DNA from: Armatimonadota bacterium
GTDB taxonomy: Bacteria > Armatimonadota > UBA5829 > DSUL01
Assembly: GCA_040769165.1 (NCBI GenBank)
Contig: JAXGLP010000002.1
Location: 194,657-258,656, forward strand
Reading direction: 5' to 3'
Length of the DNA stretch: 64,000 nucleotides
Made by a program: the position numbers and the translations under genes. The notes below the pieces were generated by a model, which had not been told where the DNA came from, ran no database searches, and worked only from the letters and a program-made list of their open reading frames with translations. Shown piece after piece: positions 59,994 to 64,000 of this stretch (its first letter is position 1; the number at the start of each line of letters is the position of its first letter).

Positions 59994-60955
59994 GAGCATT
60001 CGTTACCGGAGGCGCGGGCTTCATCGGCTCGCACCTCGTGGACAGCCTGCTGGCCGGCGGGTTTCAGGTCACCGTTCTCGATGACTTCTCGACCGGCTCC
60101 CGGCACAACCTTGCGCACATTCCGTCCACGGCCCCGCTGAGTGTTGTCGAAGGCAGCGTTCTCGACGCGCCGCTCGTCGAAGACCTCCTCGCTCAGGCCG
60201 ATTGCGTCTATCACCTGGCGGCGGCGGTGGGGGTGCGGCGCATTCTGGACCGGCCCCTCGAATCCATACGGGTGAACCTGAAAGGGACCGAGAACGTCCT
60301 GGAGGCCCTGAAGCCGGGCGTGCCGGTTCTGCTCGCGTCCACATCCGAAGTGTACGGCAAGAACGGCAAGGGCGCGCTTGCCGAGACCGACGACAGCATC
60401 ATAGGCGCCACCAGCATCCGGCGCTGGCTCTATGCCACAAGCAAGGCGATGGACGAGTTCCTGGCGCTCGCGCATCACAGGGAGAGGGACATCCACGCGG
60501 TCATCGTGCGGTTCTTCAACACGGTGGGGCCCAGGCAGACCGGGATGTACGGCATGGTGCTCCCCAACTTCGTGCAGAAGGCGCTGAAAGGCGAGCCGAT
60601 CCAGATCTACGGCGACGGCCGTCAGCGCCGCAACTTCACGTATGTGGACGATGCCATTACCGGAATCCGGCGGCTGATGGAAACACCGGACGCGCGGGGG
60701 CAGGTATTCAACATGGGCGGCGGCGAGGAGATCACCATCGAGGGCCTCGCCATACGGGTGCGCGAGATCACCGGGTCGAAGTCGCCCCTGCAGTACGTCC
60801 CTTACACCTGCGCCTACAGCGACGGGTTCGAGGACATGCGCCGTCGCGTGCCCGACACCACGCGGCTGAAGGAGCTTACCGGCTTTGCCCCGGCGACCCC
60901 CATTGATACCATCATCGCCCGCGTGGCCGATCATTTCAGAGGCGCCTCCGGCTGA
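59990..60955 (+). CDS. NAD-dependent epimerase/dehydratase (SDR; UDP-sugar 4,6-dehydratase/decarboxylase-like)
   Basis: MRAFVTGGAGFIGSHLVDSLL Rossmann motif and YATSK catalytic dyad region. Start at the ATG overlapping the upstream stop (ATGA). Confidence 0.85.
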   Translation: MRAFVTGGAGFIGSHLVDSLLAGGFQVTVLDDFSTGSRHNLAHIPSTAPLSVVEGSVLDAPLVEDLLAQADCVYHLAAAVGVRRILDRPLESIRVNLKGTENVLEALKPGVPVLLASTSEVYGKNGKGALAETDDSIIGATSIRRWLYATSKAMDEFLALAHHRERDIHAVIVRFFNTVGPRQTGMYGMVLPNFVQKALKGEPIQIYGDGRQRRNFTYVDDAITGIRRLMETPDARGQVFNMGGGEEITIEGLAIRVREITGSKSPLQYVPYTCAYSDGFEDMRRRVPDTTRLKELTGFAPATPIDTIIARVADHFRGASG

Positions 60956-60970
60956 AAGGCCGAGACCCGG

Positions 60971-61047
60971 CCCCGGAGGGATTATGATCCCCGGAGGGAT
61001 TATGATCCCCGGAGGGATTATGATCCCCGGAGGGATTGTGCCCCCCG
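60971..61047 (+). repeat. Tandem array (about 4 units) of an 18-nt element CCCCGGAGGGATTATGAT in the rmlA leader; each unit contains GGAGGG + ATG
   Basis: ccccggagggattatgat x3 then the degenerate ccccggagggattgtgcc, read directly. Each unit has a near-palindromic core GGGAT-tatg-ATCCC. The array ends about 45 nt upstream of the rmlA ATG. Confidence 0.6.
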
Positions 61048-61093
61048 GCGGCGCATACTACAGGAAGTCCGGGTAACAGGAAGGTCTGATACG

Positions 61094-62158
61094 ATGAAAG
61101 CACTCATTCTGAGCGGTGGAAAAGGCACGCGGCTGCGGCCGATTACGCACACGAGCGCCAAGCAACTCGTGCCCGTCGCAAACAAGCCCATCCTGTTCTA
61201 CACCATCGAAGCCGTCCGCGAAGCGGGCATCACCGACGTCGGCATCATCGTCGGCGATACGCACGAAGAGATCAAAGCCGCCTGCGGCGATGGCTCGCAG
61301 TGGGGCGTCAAGATCACCTACATCAAGCAGGACGAGCCGCTCGGCCTCGCACACGCGGTCAAAATCGCCGAGGACTACATCGCCGGCGACACCTTCGTGA
61401 TGTACCTCGGCGACAACCTCATCCGCGACGGCATCACCGACCTGGTGGAGCGCTTCAAAGAAGAGACCCCGAACTCCCAGATCCTGCTCGCGCACGTGCC
61501 GAATCCCTGCAGCTTCGGCGTCGCCGAGCTCGACGGCGACCGCATCGTCCGCCTGGTCGAAAAGCCGAAGGAGCCGAAGTCCGACCTGGCGCTCGTCGGC
61601 GTCTATATGTTCGACAGCACCGTGTTCGAGGCCGTCAACGCCATCAAGCCGAGCTGGCGCGGCGAGCTGGAAATAACCGACGCCATCCAGTACCTCGTGG
61701 ACACCAACCGCCGCGTCAATGCCCACATCATCCGCGGCTGGTGGAAGGACACCGGCAAGCGCGACGATATGCTCGAGGCCAACCGCATCGTCCTCGAAGA
61801 CATCGAAACGCTCGTGGAGGGCGAGGTGGACCAGCAGTCCGTCATACACGGCCGCGTGCGCATCGGCGAGGGCTCCACAGTCACCGGCAGCACCATCCGC
61901 GGACCCGCCGTCATCGGGCGCAACTGCCGCGTCCTGGACGCCTACATCGGGCCGTTCACCTCGATCAACGACAACACCATCATCGAGCGAAGCGAAATCG
62001 AGCACTCCATCATCCTGGAAGACTGCGTCATCGAAGACCTGCAGGGCCGCATGGTGGACAGTCTGCTCGGACGCAGCGTCCGCGTCACCCGCAGCGACCT
62101 CAAACCGCGCGCCTACCGCTTCATGCTGGGCGACTCGAGCGACGTTTCCGTGCTGTAG
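61094..62158 (+). CDS. rmlA: Glucose-1-phosphate thymidylyltransferase (long form with C-terminal LbH domain)
   Basis: MKALILSGGKGTRLRPITHTSAKQLVPVANKPILFY and LGDN signature. 354 aa, the long RmlA type. Confidence 0.85.
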   Translation: MKALILSGGKGTRLRPITHTSAKQLVPVANKPILFYTIEAVREAGITDVGIIVGDTHEEIKAACGDGSQWGVKITYIKQDEPLGLAHAVKIAEDYIAGDTFVMYLGDNLIRDGITDLVERFKEETPNSQILLAHVPNPCSFGVAELDGDRIVRLVEKPKEPKSDLALVGVYMFDSTVFEAVNAIKPSWRGELEITDAIQYLVDTNRRVNAHIIRGWWKDTGKRDDMLEANRIVLEDIETLVEGEVDQQSVIHGRVRIGEGSTVTGSTIRGPAVIGRNCRVLDAYIGPFTSINDNTIIERSEIEHSIILEDCVIEDLQGRMVDSLLGRSVRVTRSDLKPRAYRFMLGDSSDVSVL

Positions 62159-62177
62159 CAGGCCGCGCGGGCGCTCT

Positions 62178-62615
62178 TTAGAGCCGCGTCTCGCTGTCGT
62201 AGATCTCATACAGGTCCGCATAAGGATAGCGCCGCCGCGCGCGGCGTATCAGCCCGTACGCCCTCTCGAGCCGCGACGCAACCGACGTGCGCGGCACGCC
62301 CAGCTCCCGCGAGATCTCGGACGGACCGTACCCCCGCGCCGCCATCGCCACCAGACGCCGCTGATCATCCGACAGACCGGCCAACTCAATCAACTCCTCA
62401 AGCTCCCGCCGCAGCAGATACGGCCTTCCGGCGCACGGCGGGCTCCCCACGCCAAACCGCTGTGCCTGACGCCTCTCAAGCGCCATCTTGCGCGCAAGCT
62501 GCGCCTCCGTGTACGCCTCCCTGCGCCTGCCACCGCACAGCAGACCCGCCGCAAGCGCCCAGACAACAAGCTGCTCCTCATCCTCGCCCAACCGCGGGGC
62601 GTCAAACGTCTCCAT
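62178..62615 (-). CDS. Small DNA-binding protein with sigma-70 region-4-like HTH (145 aa)
   Basis: LSDDQRRLVAMAARGYGPSEISRELGVPRTSVASRLERAYGLIRRA matches sigma-70 region 4 / ECF r4. RBS GAGGAG 8 nt upstream of the ATG. Preceded by a promoter and palindromic operator. Confidence 0.5.
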   Translation of the reverse strand: METFDAPRLGEDEEQLVVWALAAGLLCGGRRREAYTEAQLARKMALERRQAQRFGVGSPPCAGRPYLLRRELEELIELAGLSDDQRRLVAMAARGYGPSEISRELGVPRTSVASRLERAYGLIRRARRRYPYADLYEIYDSETRL

Positions 62616-62630
62616 GACCGCTTCTCCTCG

Positions 62631-62682
62631 CTGTATAACAGAACGTATGTTCGATTATACAGGCAAGGAGTAGCTCTTGCAA
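62631..62682 (-). promoter_or_regulatory. Sigma-70-type promoter (-35 TTGCAA, 17-nt spacer, -10 TATAAT) overlapped by a 32-bp palindrome containing a Cheo-type GAAC-N4-GTTC box (candidate LexA/SOS operator)
   Basis: Minus-strand reading: TTGCAA-gagctactccttgcctg-TATAAT-CGAACATACGTTCTG-TTATACAG-cGAGGAGaagcggtcATG. Plus-strand palindrome CTGTATAAcaGAACGTATGTTCgaTTATACAG at 62631-62662. The flanking 62616-62719 region is unusually AT-rich for this sequence. Confidence 0.45.
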
Positions 62683-62719
62683 GTATTTTATGCAAAAGTT
62701 TACAAAAGAAAGAGAGGGG

Positions 62720-63970
62720 TCAGCCCGCCGACAGCTTCTCCACCAGCGCCCGAACCTCGCCCGCGTCCGCCGCGTCCGGGCTCGCGGCAAGGTACGCCCT
62801 CAGAGAGCGCGCCGCGTCCTGGTAGTTGCGCAACCGGTGCAGCGCGTATCCCAGATCCCGCTCAACCTCGGGCGCGTCCGGCAGCAGCTTGCGCGCCCGC
62901 CGAAGCTCCTCCGCCGCTTCTTTCGCCCGCCCGGCGCCCAGCATCGCGCGGCCGTAAGCGTAGCTGACGTCTCCGCGGCGCTCCGGCGAGCGGCTCAGCG
63001 CTTCGCGCAGGCTTTCCATGGCAAGCAGCGGCTTCTCCATTCGCAGATGAGCCTCGCCCAGCCAGTAGAAGGCATCCGCTGACGCCCCGGCCAGGCCGGT
63101 TGCCTGCTTGAGTGTCCGCGCGGCTTCTTTCACCTGGCCCGAAGCGAGCATCGTGCGCCCGAGCTGCGTCAGCGCCGACGCCGAAGACCGGTCCATCTGG
63201 ACAGCCGACTGGAAGCGCTGCAGCGCTGCGTCAGAATCGCCGCTGGCTTCCATCGCGAGTCCGAGTTCCAGAAGCGCTTCCGCCGATCTGGGGTTGTCGC
63301 GCACAGCAGCCTCTGCCTCGGAGATCGCCTCATCCAGCCGGCCTTCCAGTCTCAGCGACCGCGCCAGCTTCACCCGGGCGGAGTCACTCTCGGGAGCCAG
63401 TTCCGCCGTCAGCGACAGATACGCCCGCGCGTCTTCGGTCCGGCCTTTCTTTTCGAGCGCCTCGGCGACAAGCTGCGCCAGATCAGCGTCCGGGTGCTCA
63501 TCCACAATCGGCCTGGCGAAAGAGATTACCTCGTCGCTGCGTCCCGCCGCCGCCAGAGCAGCAGTGTAGTTGAAGGCAAGGTCGCGGTTCTCCGGGTCGG
63601 CCTTCACAGCCTCGAGGAGATCCCGTACGGCTTCGGCGTTGTTGCCCTTCTGGTAGTGCAAACGTCCCCGCGCCGCGCGAGCCAGCGCGAGCCCCGGCGC
63701 AAGCGACAGGGCTTCGTCCAGGTGCGAGGCGGCGTTCTGCGCCTTGCCTTGCGCAAGCTGCACTTCCCCGAGCGCCCCGTGAGCGGCCGCCAGTCCCTCG
63801 TCCATCGCCACGGCCGTCGTGAGCTGCTTCTCGGCCCGGTCGTACTGCCCCAGTTCGGCGTACGCGCCCCCCAGCGCAAGCCTCAGCGCCGCCGAATCCG
63901 CGCCCGCGTCGGCCGCCTTAAGCAGCGACTGCGCCGCTTCCGCCGTCTGTCCTGTCATCCCCTGGCACAC
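62720..63970 (-). CDS. Tetratricopeptide repeat (TPR) protein; N-terminus may extend beyond the window edge
   Basis: More than 10 tandem TPR-like 34-aa units (AxxxLxxA....GxYDxAxxxL). The ORF starts 30 nt from the window end. Confidence 0.65.
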   Translation of the reverse strand: MCQGMTGQTAEAAQSLLKAADAGADSAALRLALGGAYAELGQYDRAEKQLTTAVAMDEGLAAAHGALGEVQLAQGKAQNAASHLDEALSLAPGLALARAARGRLHYQKGNNAEAVRDLLEAVKADPENRDLAFNYTAALAAAGRSDEVISFARPIVDEHPDADLAQLVAEALEKKGRTEDARAYLSLTAELAPESDSARVKLARSLRLEGRLDEAISEAEAAVRDNPRSAEALLELGLAMEASGDSDAALQRFQSAVQMDRSSASALTQLGRTMLASGQVKEAARTLKQATGLAGASADAFYWLGEAHLRMEKPLLAMESLREALSRSPERRGDVSYAYGRAMLGAGRAKEAAEELRRARKLLPDAPEVERDLGYALHRLRNYQDAARSLRAYLAASPDAADAGEVRALVEKLSAG

Positions 63971-64000
63971 GCCGAGGGTGTACCAGGCCGCGCCCGAAGG

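Noticed and set aside
39734-61047. CRISPR array candidates (22-bp x3 repeats at 39734-39799; 18-nt x4 at 60971-61047)
   Set aside because: The units are contiguous with no spacers and far too short. No cas genes are present.
60885-61076. 63-aa ORF encoding (GGIMIP)n
   Set aside because: Not called as a protein-coding gene. It is the translation of the 18-nt tandem repeat array and is reported as a regulatory repeat instead, though leader-peptide translation is not excluded.
61058-62221. 387-aa minus-strand ORF, and the plus-strand 61300..62181 and 61719..62825 ORFs
   Set aside because: Antisense or out-of-frame relative to rmlA, whose product is unambiguous (GGKGTRLRPIT motif).

Overview
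High-GC (about 68%) bacterial chromosomal segment. Genes are densely packed, largely in long same-strand runs, with frequent GTG/TTG starts and 4-nt stop/start overlaps. Two prepilin-type DUF1559 (H-X9-DG) proteins and a PEP-CTERM protein point to a Planctomycetota/Verrucomicrobiota/Armatimonadota-like lineage; this is inference from domain content only. Most of the long ORFs in the six-frame track are GC-driven antisense or out-of-frame artefacts, so coding strands were assigned by recognisable protein families.

Order of content:
- Two secreted proteins of unknown function, separated by a duplicated 3-prime fragment of the downstream RND gene.
- A Cnr-like envelope/metal-stress determinant on the minus strand: ECF sigma, zf-HC2 anti-sigma, two tandem Spy/CpxP/ZraP-like LTXXQ periplasmic proteins with Gly/Cys-rich tails, then TolC-like OMF, DUF2892, MFP and RND permease.
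- A surface/glycan block: PEP-CTERM protein, CE4 polysaccharide deacetylase, two tandem GH140-like (DUF5060+DUF4038) paralogs and a GT2.
- gyrB, which carries a lineage-specific acidic insert containing an in-frame (GCCRTT)n microsatellite.
- A DUF1559 pilin-like protein, a C40 peptidase, an HNH endonuclease / m5C methyltransferase / Vsr module, and glyQS.
- A cupin, a URO-D-like protein, a TauE/SafE exporter and a THUMP-like methyltransferase.
- A secreted seven-repeat protein that shares a C-terminal domain with the deacetylase, then a second DUF1559 protein.
- A LytS/LytTR two-component pair preceded by three 22-bp direct repeats.
- A roughly 21-kb Wzx/Wzy-type polysaccharide locus (41035-62158), followed by a small sigma-70 region-4-like gene and a TPR protein that runs to the window end. 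Inside the locus are:
  - a nucleotide-sugar dehydrogenase, glycosyltransferases, Wzy and Wzx;
  - an FkbH-like HAD-IIIC enzyme with a discrete ACP, three SAM methyltransferases and a VOC enzyme;
  - an LbH acetyltransferase, a DegT aminotransferase, Wzz, a WecA/WbpL-type initiating transferase, two SDR epimerases/dehydratases and RmlA.

The FkbH/ACP/methyltransferase block is the most likely undescribed sugar-modification chemistry in the window. Other signals worth a second look: a near-perfect Cheo-type (GAAC-N4-GTTC) palindrome overlapping a textbook sigma-70 promoter in front of the small sigma-r4-like gene, and a 4x tandem array of SD+ATG units in the rmlA leader.
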